The translations under genes were made by a program, and so were the position numbers. The notes under the pieces were generated by a model. That model made no database searches, had not been told where the DNA came from, and saw only the letters and a program-made list of their open reading frames with translations. A DNA stretch of 64,000 nucleotides from Hydrolagus colliei (Eukaryota), in assembly GCA_035084275.1 (NCBI GenBank), contig CM068746.1:35340001-35404000 (forward strand), written 5' to 3'. Shown in pieces: positions 1-12,848 of the stretch (position 1 is its first letter; the number at the start of each line of letters is the position of its first letter).

Positions 1-159
1 GTGCAGGGTTAAAGGCAACAATATCACGGGACAAGGGACATGCTGAGTGGTAAGGGAGTAAGAAGTAAATTGATTGAGTCAAGTCCTGCAACCCTATATC
101 TGAAGTTCTGTACCCCAGGTCATGCACCCTCTCCCTTGAGCAATGTTAGAATTACAAAA

Positions 160-705
160 AACATAATCATTGCATTTGATATAACGCATCACCACGTTGT
201 TGAGATGTCACTATACAAGTTTAATTTTGTGGTTGTTGTTGTTGTTGTCGTCTCAGAGAGCTTCACAGGATATACTATAAAGTCACTTGACTGTATTTTG
301 TGGTGGGGGGGAAATGTGGCACCTAGTTGCACAAAGTAATGTCCTATAAACAGCGATGGAATGAGTGAAAAGTTTATTTGGAGGATTGTTGACCAGGACA
401 TCATGAGAAACTCCCTTCTCTTTTTGAATTGTGCCATGGGATATTTAACATCCACTTGAACAGATAGATGGGACCATTATAATAATAAAATGAGAGTGCT
501 TGCTTTATTAGATGCTTGACCTTGCTTTAACATCTCATCTGAAGGACGAACTTTGGGAATGTAACACCCTCCACCACCTCCCCCCACCACAAGCACCGCA
601 TTGCAGTGTCAAGTTGGGCTAATTGTTTACAAGTACCAATGTGCAGCTTAAACCGCAACTTTCTGACTCAGACGCAAGAATGCTGTGCCTGCATCAGGCC
701 AACAC
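160..705 (-). mobile_element. Degraded DeuSINE-like element (family B)
   Basis: Reverse complement contains the Deu-type core (tctgttcaagtggatgttaaatatcccatggcacaattcaaaaagagaagggagtttctc...gtcctgg) also seen at 52376-52778. Confidence 0.7.
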
Positions 706-2342
706 TCGGTTACGAATCATGTATTAGACTGGAAGAGAAGAGTTGTGAAGAGTGCAGTCTGGGGCAAAATCCCTTTCAAGAAGATACTGTTCCTTGTTTA
801 AATGGATGTGTACATATTTTAAAGAATTTGTCATTGTTTCTTTCTCACCACTGACTGATTTAACAGCTGATCAGCAGTTGGCATTAAGAACAACAGATCA
901 ATGCAATTTATTACCCCGGCATATTTGGATCCTGCTGCTCTGTCTGCTCATTGCAGCGAGTTTCACTTCTGACAATAATTGTTCACTATCTCAGGTTTTG
1001 GGGTATAAATCGACTCCTATTGCCAAGTGTAATTGTTGTTTAAACATACATCATCTGTTGTTTCACCTCCTTCATCACACACTGTAGCATCTCCAGTCAC
1101 ATGTGTCTCAACTTCCGTCGGCGAGAACCTCTTAAAATGCATGAGACGTACATTAGCTCAGGCTCACGGTGCTTAGACACAGCCTGTGAATCAATCCCTT
1201 CCCCTTCACTGATGCACACACCCCAGCATCGTTTTGCCTGTCCTGACCTGAATGAGGAATTGCCACACACTTTATCCAGTGAAGACACTTCTCCCTTTGT
1301 AGGATAATCTATGAGGTTCCTTTTTTTGTGGCGCTGTTTAAATTTTGTCCTGTTATCCTGGCCATCATATGAATTGTGCTGGGCAGTGACATTGCTGTCT
1401 AGACCATTTCAGGTCAGGAAACTGGCTGACTGTCTTCAGCAGACTGGACCAACCTCAGTCTTCCACACTGTCTGCAGCAGACTGACTGTCCATTAAAAAA
1501 AAAGTGGCTGCAATCTGCCCATGGCTGACATGGCAAACATTGGAAATACTTGATTCAAATCTTCACTCTGGAGGCTTTTTCGTTCACTCCAAAACTGTAA
1601 ATGATACGAAAATGCAGCCCGATGTGTTTTTCGTTTACATTCCTTTGTGGTATCAAGGATTCTCACAATTTGTTATTGATGAGTTTCTTAGGGTCAATGG
1701 GTGGTTTGCTGAAAACAGCTCATCAGCCAGACAGAAAGTGTGTTTGAGATAGAGACCTAAGGCAGCAAAGACCTTGCGTGTTCCAAACATTTACAAAACA
1801 TCTCAAAGCTCTTGAGGGTAATTATTGTCAAGTGAAGTGATTGTTCCTTGTGGCATACCATATGGCGCAAGGTCCCGCAAACAGGCGTAAAGTTTACAAC
1901 CGATGATATTTGAATAATTGTTGGTGAGGACTTTGGGAAAATTCCCTCTTTTTTTTCCCCAAATAGTCTTATGAATCTTTAACACTCACTTGAGGAAAGG
2001 TAGATAGGACCATAGTGACCTTAAACCTAACCCTAAAAGTGTTACATGAGTCACGAATGTTGTCAATAGGCCAAACTTTGGTGTGTTTTCATTCGTAACT
2101 TAACTTGCCCCAAACACGCTCTGAGTCCACCAATTCTCGTAATAAAAATGCTGCTTTGCAATGAAAGCCGGATTCCAACTCCCAAGTTGCACCATTTTCA
2201 CCTCCTTTCGATGAAATGCAGAACCATTTTAACATCTTAACCTGATCAGAGTTTGGCATCTGCAGAGGATTGAGGTGTTCAGCTATTTTGCTGCAACACA
2301 ACTGACTGATGACAACAATTGATGTCAAATTAAGAATAATTT

Positions 2343-2639
2343 GGAGTCCTGTAGCTCAGTGGTTAGAACACTAGCCTTACAATCAAGCAATCTGGGTTTG
2401 ATTCCCGGCCAGGCCGAAACCCTGGGCAAATTTCCTTAATCCACACGCTTGATAATAATCCCTCAAGAAAAAAAACTAATAAATTGATAATTTCAATCCA
2501 ATGTTTGTGAGGCACTGTGGCTGCCATATTTCGCCCATAAATATACAATCTTTTCACTTTACAATATATTCTGTGAAGAGCTTGGAGATGTCTAGGAGAC
2601 ACGAATGCAAGGATTATTATTATCATGATTATTATTATC
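2343..2639 (+). mobile_element. tRNA-headed SINE family A, short form
   Basis: ggagtcctgtagctcagtggttaga A-box head, shared body, (ATT)n tail. Confidence 0.88.
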
Positions 2640-4084
2640 ACTTCACACACTTGAACAGTCAAGCTCGCTCCATGTATCACTGCTGTGTTACAGTCTATTT
2701 TTGATCAAACAAGACCACAAATTCAACCCGCCTTGATCCCTGCTGAGAGTTTGTGTCCCAGAAAAACAGCAACCATCATTTCAAGGGAAGCCTTGAAGCA
2801 TCTCTTTGCACTTGCAATAGACGTGAATAAAAAGAAAAAAAACATTAAGAAGGTTCATGTATGTTGGATGAATCGAAAAATGATTGAAACTGCAATATTA
2901 ACGGAGACAATTTGGTGCTTTATAATCATGTCACTGTTTGTTACGCCAGTAAAGCCAACTATTCAAATCCCCATTCTCTCCTCTTTTCTCATACCCTCTA
3001 ATACCCTTTCTCCATATATGCACAGCTAATTACTTTTTAATGTCCCTCTGGACTCTGCTCATGGACTCTGCTCCAGCAACTATTCATTAATGGAAAACTG
3101 GGAAATACAAGAATATTAATAATTTGTATGTTTTGAGAGAACATCAAAGGATATACTGCAAAGTGCAGCGCTATCCAAATGTAATTTTGTTGTTGTTGTG
3201 GATAATGATTGTGTATTTTTGTGGACACACAGTATTGGAAGGCCTTAATGTGCAGTTCTTCCTTGGCTAATGTATTTAGGTTTCCACTACTCCCTGATAA
3301 ATATTCTTTCTAATTAGACAGTTGATACCAGCGGAAAATTTTGGCTGATCAAAGGTGCGTTTTGAAGTGTTAATCTCATTTTGCCTTTGAAGGCTATATT
3401 TAAGCCTTCTCGTTCCAATTTATGTAGCAGCCAAACTGCTTTGAAGATTAGAATATCTATACCTCACCCCCACCCTGTTAGTGTTTTTAAGGCATGCAAA
3501 ATGATCAGATCACGACATCGGTTCATTTCATATATTAGGCATGTTTGCTGGCTCATGTGCCTTGTTTACCGAGATTTAACAGGAGCCTTTTTAATATCCC
3601 CCCAATTTTCCTTTCCATACAAGGCAATTATGGCCATGTGTTGTGCAGTTCAGGGACTTTAGCGAAATAATTCCTGTGAGCAGCGATGTACTTCATAACA
3701 AATGGCAAGTGCTATTATGTGATTTACAGGCATTATAGAAGCAGAAGGAGCTGCTGTGTGACCCCCCACCCGCTGCTCCCTCATACTAAGCAAAAAGCTT
3801 CACCTCTGCTTTGTGCTCTTTATTAGCTCTAAGGAGAGAATCTTCCACCAAATCTTGGAACATGGGTTTAGCTTATGATAATATATAATAATTCTTGCAT
3901 TTGATATAGCGCTTTATATGAACATAAGAATTTGCAAGACAAAAGATGACCAACAACAATGACAACGAAATTACATTTGTAAAGCAGCTTTCACATTGGG
4001 AAGATGTCTCCCAAGGCGCTCCATGTAGTTTGCCTTTCTTCATCCTGGTAGTCACTTGACATGTCGTGTCCCAAGCTATTATAC

Positions 4085-4320
4085 TGTATCACGTTGTTGA
4101 GACGTCCCAAAGTGCTTCAAAAAATATATGGTAAAGTGGATTGACTGTGTATTTTTTGTAGACGAAACATGGCAATTGCGTGCCATGGTGTCCCACAAAC
4201 TGGTGGATTGAGTGAACACATTTTGGTGGGGTTATTACTCCTGGAAAGCGATCCACCAATCAACGAGCAACCGGGTTCCTGCTTGCTGCCGGGTAAACAG
4301 ATGTGTGTGCAGTAAGAAAA
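4085..4320 (-). mobile_element. SINE family A, long form, head missing
   Basis: Matches the body and tail of other copies. Confidence 0.75.
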
Positions 4321-4534
4321 CTATAAATGGCACTTGAATCAACAAGTTGTTGTTGTTGTTGAATCATCAAATCCAGCGTTCACCAGTAATGCAGAGGCAG
4401 GCGTTTCCTAACAACAACAACAACACTTCGATTTATATAGCGCTCTCCACACCGGACGGCGTCTCAGAGCACTTACTGTACTCTCAAAGGCAAATTTCAT
4501 CTTAAACAAATTTCATCTTAAACCTCCAGAAAAA

Positions 4535-5285
4535 ACACTGGTTAGGCCTCAGCTGGAGCACTGTGTTCAGTTCTGGGCACCACCAGTGAAGGGAGGATGT
4601 TAATGCATTGGAGAGGGCGCAAAGGAGATTTACCAGGATAATACCAAGAATGAAGGACTTCAGTTATCATTACAGAGAAGCTAAGAGTCCTGTAGCTCAG
4701 TGGTTAGAATACTAGCCTTACAAACCCTGAGAGAGACACTGGGTTCAGTTCCATTCCAGGTTCAATTCCAGGCAGGGTGAAACCTTGGGCAAGTTACCTT
4801 GCTCCACACACATAATAATAATCCCTCGAAAAGTTCAACAATAAATTTGATGACTGTTTGTGGAACACTGCTGTGCACAATTGGCTGCCGCGTTTCATCC
4901 ACAAATGTAATACAGTCAATTCACTTTACAGCATATTCTGAGAAGCGCTTTGAGACGTCTAGACGATGTGAAAAGTGCCATATCAAATGCAAGAATTATT
5001 ATTATTCTTTTTGAAGCAGAAAAGGATACCAATTTAAAATAAACAGAGGGGAGGTGAGGAGAATTTTTTTTGCACAGCAAGTTGAATTCATTGGCTGAAC
5101 AGGTGGTGGTTGCCAATTCAATAATAACATTGAAGAGAGAAGTAGAGAAGTATTTGGGAAGGACAAGTTTGCAGAGCCATGGGGAGAGTGCGTGGGAGTG
5201 GGATTGATTTAGACAGCTCTTTTCAATGAGCCAGTCCTGATACAATGGCATCCTTCTGTGGTGTATAGTTCTATGATTCTATGAA
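4535..5285 (+). mobile_element. CR1-type LINE 3' fragment interrupted by a SINE A copy (4686-5006)
   Basis: 4535-4670 translates to TLVRPQLEHCVQFWAP...ALERAQRRFTRIIP, typical of the CR1 ORF2 C-terminus; ends with ttctatgattctatga CR1-type terminal repeats. Confidence 0.85.
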
Positions 5286-6211
5286 CATTCACTCTCTTTC
5301 CCCAAGCATGGCCAATAATCTCCAGAATTAGAGATAAAATGGGTGGGTTCCGTGCCTCCAGGGAAAATGTAAATTCCATTCCAGACACATCAGTGGAGTA
5401 TATGTGTACTCTCGGTCTGGGTTGGATATGTTTAAGATCGATAACGAGTTTCCAAAAGTGTAAGACATCCAGCTGACCAAAGCAACATGAACGGCAGCTG
5501 TGGCCTGTTAGCTCACGATGGGATTGTGTGGAAAGTGAGGAGCTGTGCGCCCCTGGTGGAGGACTGATTATTGGCCTCCAAGGAAAAGAACTGACGACAC
5601 AGTCTTTGGCAGTCTTCAGAACCTGCACAACACGACTTGGGAGTCCAAAGGGAACCAGTTCCCAAATTATCAAAGAGAAATAGTTCTAAGTGTGAGGTTT
5701 CCACAGAGTTCCACGGCTGCCAAACAGCTGTAGAGTGGAACACAGAAATTTGTGAATATTTTATTGTCTTCATGAAAGTGATTGGAGCAAACTGTTTCTC
5801 CCACCTTTGGAGGAAGAAACCAGATATTTTTACAGTACTCTGCTTTCTCTCTGCATGAATTCCGTGAAAGGCGCTTATACAAATTTAATTTGTTGCTGTT
5901 CAAAAAAGTTATTTCCGCTCACACCCGTGGTGGGGGGTGGTGCTATCGTGTGACACAACGAATTAACCCTTGTATATTTCAGCGACAACAAGAGCCTCAA
6001 ACAATGTGAGTTTGGACAAAACCGTATGGTCTCTCAGCACAAAACCGCCAGTGTTAACAGCAGCCCCATGCTGTTTGGCTGGGAGTTTGGAATGTCACAC
6101 CTGGTTGCTGTGGAGTCCCAATTGCAATGTTTCAAAACATCTTTCGAGTTTGTTTCTTTTTTATTTAGAATTTTCTTTTACGCCGAGTTTTGTTTCCGTT
6201 TGTGTATATAG

Positions 6212-6283
6212 CTTTATACCACTGGCTAGCAGCCGAACGACAAGGCAGGAAGCAAGACCCTGCACGTTCGACCAAACACTCAG
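6212..6283 (+). CDS. DENND5B: 72-nt in-frame cassette exon, (A)LYHWLAAERQGRKQDPARSTKHS(G), phase 1-1
   Basis: Pyrimidine-rich tract then tatag|CT, and donor CAG|gtaaaa. Length is a multiple of 3 and both phases match the phase-1 start of the next exon. The peptide resembles the optional LYQWLEADR-type insert I recall from DENND5B isoforms. Confidence 0.8.
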
Positions 6284-7701
6284 GTAAAACGGCAGGAAGC
6301 CCGACAAGCTGTGTTCTTTCTGCATGTTCTTTCATCTCCTAAAATCTGGGGATTCTCCTGAATATATGCTGAGGTCTCTCTCGACCCGTCATTCCTCCTC
6401 AGCACAGTCACTGTGCTCAATTCTCAAAAGTGCATAGGTTACCCAATGTGGGTGATCAGAGCTTGTGGTGCCCTCTTTCTCTGCTGAGCTAAATGACTAC
6501 TTCCATTCGTGGCTTTTCCTCTTTCGCTTTTCTGGCTCTGAGTGCTTCTAATCCATCTGAAGGCTTCTCTGCCTTTGAATGAACCGTAGTGCTTTGTGCA
6601 GTGTTAATTTGGTGCTGGTGGCTCAGATACTCTTCTCTACATTCACTTTTTGTCCGGTGAACCTTTCCTGGTTGCAGGTTTGCGCTGATGATGTGTGGGT
6701 GAATTGCAATCATTGTGTTTCCAACCCATTCCCTTTCGAACAATTTCCAAAGCACAGTGAAAAGCAACAAATGCCTCGTCAGATTTAAATGGAATAATGG
6801 AAGCTCCTTCATATAACTGCAATAATTCATTTTAATGAAACGCTTTAGTTTTCTAAAGATTTCTTTATTAAAAAAAAGCTTTCACTGCCGACTTCTGTTG
6901 ATAATACAGATTGTTCTGGAAAGATAAGAGATTGGGTGTGAAACATAACTGTAACTTTGAATATTTTTTCACTTTGGTCTGATTATATTCACTCACTGTA
7001 ATCTCATCCAGAAAATGATCTGTGTCTGATGTCTAAATATTCTGCTTCAATTTGACTGCTACCAGTGATGATTCAAGTACCATTTACAGCTAATAATACT
7101 TTTTTTACAGGGAAAACCAGCAAGAAAAATGTAAAATTCCAATGATGTTTGGGGAGCCCATTTCTGGAGTATCTTGTGTAGTGCAAGTTACATTATATAT
7201 AGCTCCTCTCACATCGGGAGGATGTCCCAAAGTGCTAGAACCTTGCCATAATTCCACACTATACTAAAGAGAGGAAGAACATAGGATGTAACTTGGTTTC
7301 TGGCAAGTTTTCCATCTCAACTCAGGTGAAAGCAGCAAAATGCTTCTTGGAGGGTGTGATTCTGCGGAGATTTGGGTACACTTTAACCTTTGGTATGAGG
7401 ATTCTCAGGTTCAGTCAGCCAGGTTGAGATTAACATAGCATTTGCAGAAACCTACAAGCACATTAGACACTCACCCTTTCAGTTGGCCAGTAATGTATGA
7501 TGTACTGGAAATTGTAAACATTTGACCACTTTGTTAATATTGAAACAAATTCATACAAGTTTTGGATTTTTTAAAAAAATGGGTGAGTTGTGCAATGAAT
7601 TGATAGCTGCGTGCATTAGCCTTAGAGCTAGCTAGCCAGGGGCCTTGCAGATGCCAAGTGATTTATGTGTCATTCTCTCTTTCTCTCTTCATTTCATGCA
7701 G

Positions 7702-7811
7702 GAGAAAACTTTGAGCAGAGCCCACTGCGAAGAACATTCAAGTCCAAAGTATTAGCTCACTACCCTCAGAATGTGGAGTGGAATCCCTTTGACCAAGATG
7801 CTGTCAATATG
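7702..7811 (+). CDS. DENND5B: Exon 2 (uDENN): [37 protein letters not shown]
   Basis: catgcag|GA acceptor, ATG|gtgagt donor, 110 nt. Confidence 0.96.
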
Positions 7812-8162
7812 GTGAGTGGCATTTGTTTTACGTTACAGGGCAGATGCCTGTATTTGGGGGATATTGGCTTCAAGGCCATGCCTAACAGGAGGAAATGACC
7901 AATTCATATTCAGGGAATAAGAGGGATATCTGTACTCTGTTAAGGTTCTCAAGAAGGCTCCTGAAAAGAGGAACGGGGTCTGCCACCAGCAAAGAAAAAA
8001 AACATTATGCAAATTCTTTGCAGTGACGAATGAGCACTTTTCTAAATCCGACTAAACTGTGCATATTAATTGCATTCATGTCGTGTGAAGACATCACATT
8101 TTGTTCTGTGGCAGGGACACTTGTACCTGAAGACTTCCTACCAAGTGTGCTCTCTTTCCCAT

Positions 8163-8470
8163 TAGTAGTGTCCGGCGATATATCGGTTATATCGGCATAA
8201 TTTTTCATATCGATATGCTGATATTGGAAATTCAAATATATCGATGTATCGAAAAATTCGATATGTAAAAAAAAATCAGTATATCGCAAATATCGGTATA
8301 TCATGTCCGGCAATATATCGGTTATATCGGTTATAACGGTATAATGTGGACTTTTTCAACTTACCTTGTCGATATCTGAATGCGTGCGCATCCCTGAATA
8401 CGCGCGCACCTCCGAATGCACCTCCGAATGCGCGCGCATGCGCAGGACAAAAGACACGCGATATCGATTA
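8163..8470. mobile_element. CpG-rich ATATCG-repeat segment, probable hAT-type DNA transposon terminus
   Basis: Begins TAGTAGTGTCC; many ATATCG/CGATAT motifs; 27-bp direct repeat at 8169-8195 and 8304-8330; abrupt CpG enrichment. Confidence 0.55.
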
Positions 8471-9599
8471 GGCTTTCCCTAGAGCAAAAGTGCAAATGGT
8501 AACAGTTACACAGTTACACAGATCTACAGCACAGAAACTACTCGCCAAAATTTTTTGCTCCACATATGTCTTCAGTAACTCCTTTCAAAACCCTTCTATT
8601 CTTTTCTGCCTCATGTAAAAGTCTTTCTTCCTCTTTAATGCATCTATATTATCTGATTCTACCATCAGCAAGCTGCACATTCTCACTAACCTCTACGGAA
8701 AGCATTTTCTACTAAATTCTCTTCAAGTTCTTCTAGTCTTATATTTGTGTCCCCTGGTTATGGACTCGCCAACAAATGGGGACATCCTATGTATGTTAAT
8801 TTAATCAACTTTAACAAGTGGCTGCAATGACCTACTCCTCTGATTATGGGTGGATCTGCAGCCACAGCATAGGGGATGATTGGCTTGATGAGAATTTTTC
8901 TTCTTGTCACAGGAAGACTTTTCTTGTGTTCTGCTGGTCACACGGGAACAGCAGCATTTCTATTTGCAGCAATAACAATTTCCATTGTATGGCACCATTC
9001 ACGCGGCAGCGTCTTTGAGTGATTAATAGTGACGGAGCCCGACGCCGAGCCAGGGGGAGGGAGGAGGTGACTGTAAGCACTGTTGAAAAGGAAGGTCTTC
9101 AGTCAAGATCTAAAGGAGGAGGAGGAGGGGCAAGGTGGAGGGAATTGGGGAGAGACTTCTGTAGCATTGATGCTGAAAGCACAGCCACCGATGAGTGGAC
9201 AGGCCGAGGCATGATTAGGAGGACGGAGCCAGCCGAGTAGAGCCATCGGGTAGTGGAGTGGGGAGAAAGCAGTTCAGAAAGGTAGAGAATCCAATTTGCA
9301 ATCCAGCCACAGTGTGTGGTGCAGCACGGCAGTCTGCAAAGGTCATCAGTCACTTGTTTAAAACCGGAACAATAAAGAACTCTTGCTTTCATGCCAATGT
9401 TACAACAATACTTCTGGAGAGGTGACTTCCAGTTTGTTTAAAAATAGCTTTTCCTAAGATGTGCAAACCAATATATGAGTGCCAAGCGTTTGTGAGTGAG
9501 CGAGGGGGGGAGGGAGGGAGAACTCAATGGACAGGAACAATCTATTGTTTTCATCACAGCACATCACAGTATGTAGGCCACTAAGACCCTCATTCAGGC

Positions 9600-10157
9600 A
9601 TTAATCACAAATTTGACTATGGTAACTCCCTGTACGCCGGATTTCTTCTCTCCACAAACTGCAATTATTCAGAATTCTGCAGCTCGCATCCTGTCCCACA
9701 CCAAGCTCTGTGAGCCGATCACCCCCATCCTCACCCGGCTCCACTGGCTCACTTTTAAAGCCCCCCCATAGTTGTGCTCCTCCTTACCTCTGCGACCTTG
9801 CTATGGGAACATTATATCAACCTGTCCGCTCTCTCTTTTGGCAGCCAGTGGCCTGCTCCTCCATGTCCCATACCCTTTCAGCCCCGCCATTGGCACTCTG
9901 GGCTTTAGACGTCTGGCCCGTCCTTGTGGAACTTCATCCCAGAGCTGTCTGCCTCGCACTCTCCCATACCTCCTTCAAGGCCATCTCAACATCTTTCTCT
10001 TTGACTATGCCTTTGGCCACCTTCCCACATCCAACCCCTTGGAATCAATCCCCTTGATTCCAGCCACCAACTTGGATGCACACCCTTGACTGTGTAGTGC
10101 TTTGGAATGTCCTTCTGATCTGGAAGATGCTGTATAAATGCAATTAGTTGTTGTTTT
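9600..10157 (+). mobile_element. Old L2-type LINE 3' fragment
   Basis: Degenerate DYGNSL...SAARIL...ITPIL..LHWL coding remnants; ends gctgtataaatgcaattagttgttgtt. Confidence 0.75.
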
Positions 10158-11208
10158 CCAATGATTTATGATAATGCGGCAACCCCTTGTTAGAACAATG
10201 TTGTGCCCACAAAACAACAATCACTCACTCCACTTTACTGTAGACCCTGCAAAACGTTTTGAAACATTCCCTCAACGTTGTACCAAATGTCAAGATTATT
10301 CTTGTTCACATGCCAAACATTTCATCATTAAGATGGTGCACATTACAATTAGATAAAGGTTCACACTTATTCATGTTCTTTCAAAAATAAATAAGTATTG
10401 CATTGACCAGTTAGGCACACAATCACAACTCTGACGAGTCAACTAATTATATTTATGCTGGAAAAGAAACATCTCAAAGCACACTACAGGGGCAGATTGA
10501 TCAGAAATAAATTTGCACAGGCAAACATAGCAGCTCATTCCTGGTGTCAAAGTTCCCCAGACAACACTGAAATGAGTTGGCAATTCATTTGAATTCCTTG
10601 GTTAAATTTTGACGGGGGCCGAGGGATGTACAAGCCAGGATAATTGGGATAGAGAAAAAAATCCACAGTTCTTTAAATAACATCCGGAGGTTCCTTGAAT
10701 CCCAGGGTAGAAAGGACTGATTGAATAAAAGGATTCATTTGGAAAGGAATGATGAACTGCACACAAGTACCAAATGCTTACTGAATGCAGAATATTCCAC
10801 AGCCAACTGCACCAGCAGTGTCCCACACACAGCAATGGGATCCACCAACACCCGAACATGCTATTGAATGAAAGATGTCTGGAAGTTAATCAAAGCCGCG
10901 AGCACTCCAGGAGCCAAGTGATTGAGGTCGGAGCAGTAACATCTATCAATTTAATGGGGATGCTTTGGTAGAGGGGAAATTGAAAACAGACAATAGATAA
11001 ACCAAATAGAAAAGGAATGATTCCAGACTCACTGCAGATTTGTAAAGAAACAAGACAAATTTTCAAATGCTTAATTTCAATGAGCTCCTTCAGGTCTCAG
11101 AGCTACATTTCAATGCAGTGGTTTTCATTACATACAATGAACCAACTGCTGTGATAATGGGCTGGCATTTGGTAAACATAATGTGACCACAATCCCATCG
11201 TTTGTTAT

Positions 11209-11311
11209 CAGGTCTGAAGAAGGGTCGTGGACCCGAAACGTTGACTCACTTTTCCTTTCTCCATGGATGCAGCCTGACCTGCTGAGTTTTCCCAGCAACT
11301 TCTGTTTTTGT
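11209..11311 (+). mobile_element. Short Penelope-like terminal unit with hammerhead-ribozyme-like motif
   Basis: CTGAAGA-A-GGGTC(gtg)GACCC-GAAACGTT at 11214-11242; flanked by TTTGTTAT at 11201-11208 and 11312-11319. Confidence 0.7.
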
Positions 11312-12574
11312 TTTGTTATTGGTATCGATTATAATAGTATCACGGGGGATCTTTCTTTGGCTATCTGAATGCTATCAGTGACCAGTAATGAAACAGACTC
11401 CAAAAGTAATGAATATGCCTTGTTTCACCTTTGTAGGAATGTTGAATAATACATGCGGCCTGTCCATTGTTTTTTTTTCAAATTACTGTACATGATGAAA
11501 GCGTGTTCTGGCAGGGGAGGAATGCTGCCAGGATGCAGAGCTATGGCTCTAGTCCAGTGCAGAGCAGGCACCGGAGCAAGGAAACTCCCTGTCTGCCTGG
11601 CTCAGTTTTTCACTGATCAATGATCAGTTAACTTACTGTCAGCCAGCAGGGAAGCCGGGGAAGGTATTTAAATCATGTGACATCATTGTCATGTTTAGAG
11701 GCCCCAAGCTGTGCTTATCTTAACAACAACAACAACAACAACAAAAACTTTGATTTATATAGCGCCCTCCGCTAGGTAATGGCTGGAGCACAACAGGAAG
11801 CCCAAAGGGCTTTGGGATTGGGAAACGTAAAGTAACCTAGGCTACTGATGCCAGGCCATTGTGCGCATGAAAGGTATTGTGTGAGGTGGGAAGAGTTTCT
11901 GCGCGATGCCCTCCATCATCCTCAAATCATCTACCAGCACCCACTGTCTATCACACTCGAAGAGTTGACCACTGAGCCAAGACACTGGAAGGTGCCTGGT
12001 ACCCTTAGCAAGAATCAGCCCCTCCAGCTGACAAGAGTAGATATTGCCAAACTTGTCTGGCAAGCTGTCCTACTGCCACTGATTGTCCAGCTCTAGAGAC
12101 CATCATAGAGGGCTGTCTCGATTTTGACATTCCATTGCAAACATATCACATTGGAGCCAGTTCAGTTCCATGGAGTTCCCACTTGCACCCCCCCCCCCCA
12201 CCCCACCTCCAACCCAGGAGATTGAGGCAGGGGGTGGGGTGGGAGGGGCACTTTACCTACTCTTGGTGACATTGGGGTGGAATGTGAACATGCCAGGTGG
12301 GAAATAGTTAAAACCAAGAAAAAAAAACCCTGAAGAGATTTGCTGCAGAATTGCGATCTCTTCTCAGGCGAGAGTGCTGGGGAATTTTAAGTGACTTCTC
12401 TCCCACTTCATGTTTGCAATGCAGATGCCTGGAGCATGTCATTTGTTTGCAACACAATCTCAGTAAGCTGTGCTCAATTACAAACCACTGAATTCTGCTC
12501 TACCTCAACTCACCAGAATCTCAATGATGTATCCTGGTCTTTTCTTAATATATACCTGTCCTTTGGACGAGCAG

Positions 12575-12848
12575 CTAAGCCGAGGTCCTGTTCAGGTGGA
12601 AGTTAAAGATTCTATGGCCCTAATCGAAAAGAGAAGGGAGTTTATTTCTCAGTATCCTGGCCATCAATCCTCTAAAATAAACTCAGTCACTCACTCCATA
12701 GCTGCTTGTAGGATTTTGCTGTGTGCGTCTGGCTGCCGCATTTCACCCCAAGATACAGTCAGTCCACTGCATAGTATATCTTGTGAAGCGCTTTGAGAGA
12801 TGTCTCACAAAGACGTGATAAGGTGCTATATAAAATGCAAGGATTGTC
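12575..12848 (+). mobile_element. DeuSINE-like family B, 3' part
   Basis: Deu-type core plus shared L2-like tail. Confidence 0.75.

Noticed and set aside
4491-4522. Short perfect tandem duplications (16 bp here; similar near 3048 and 38833)
   Set aside because: Ordinary slippage or repair duplications with no evident function.
1-6200. DENND5B first coding exon
   Set aside because: No RFAxYFVxCG-like N-terminal peptide or CpG island found; it must lie upstream of the window.
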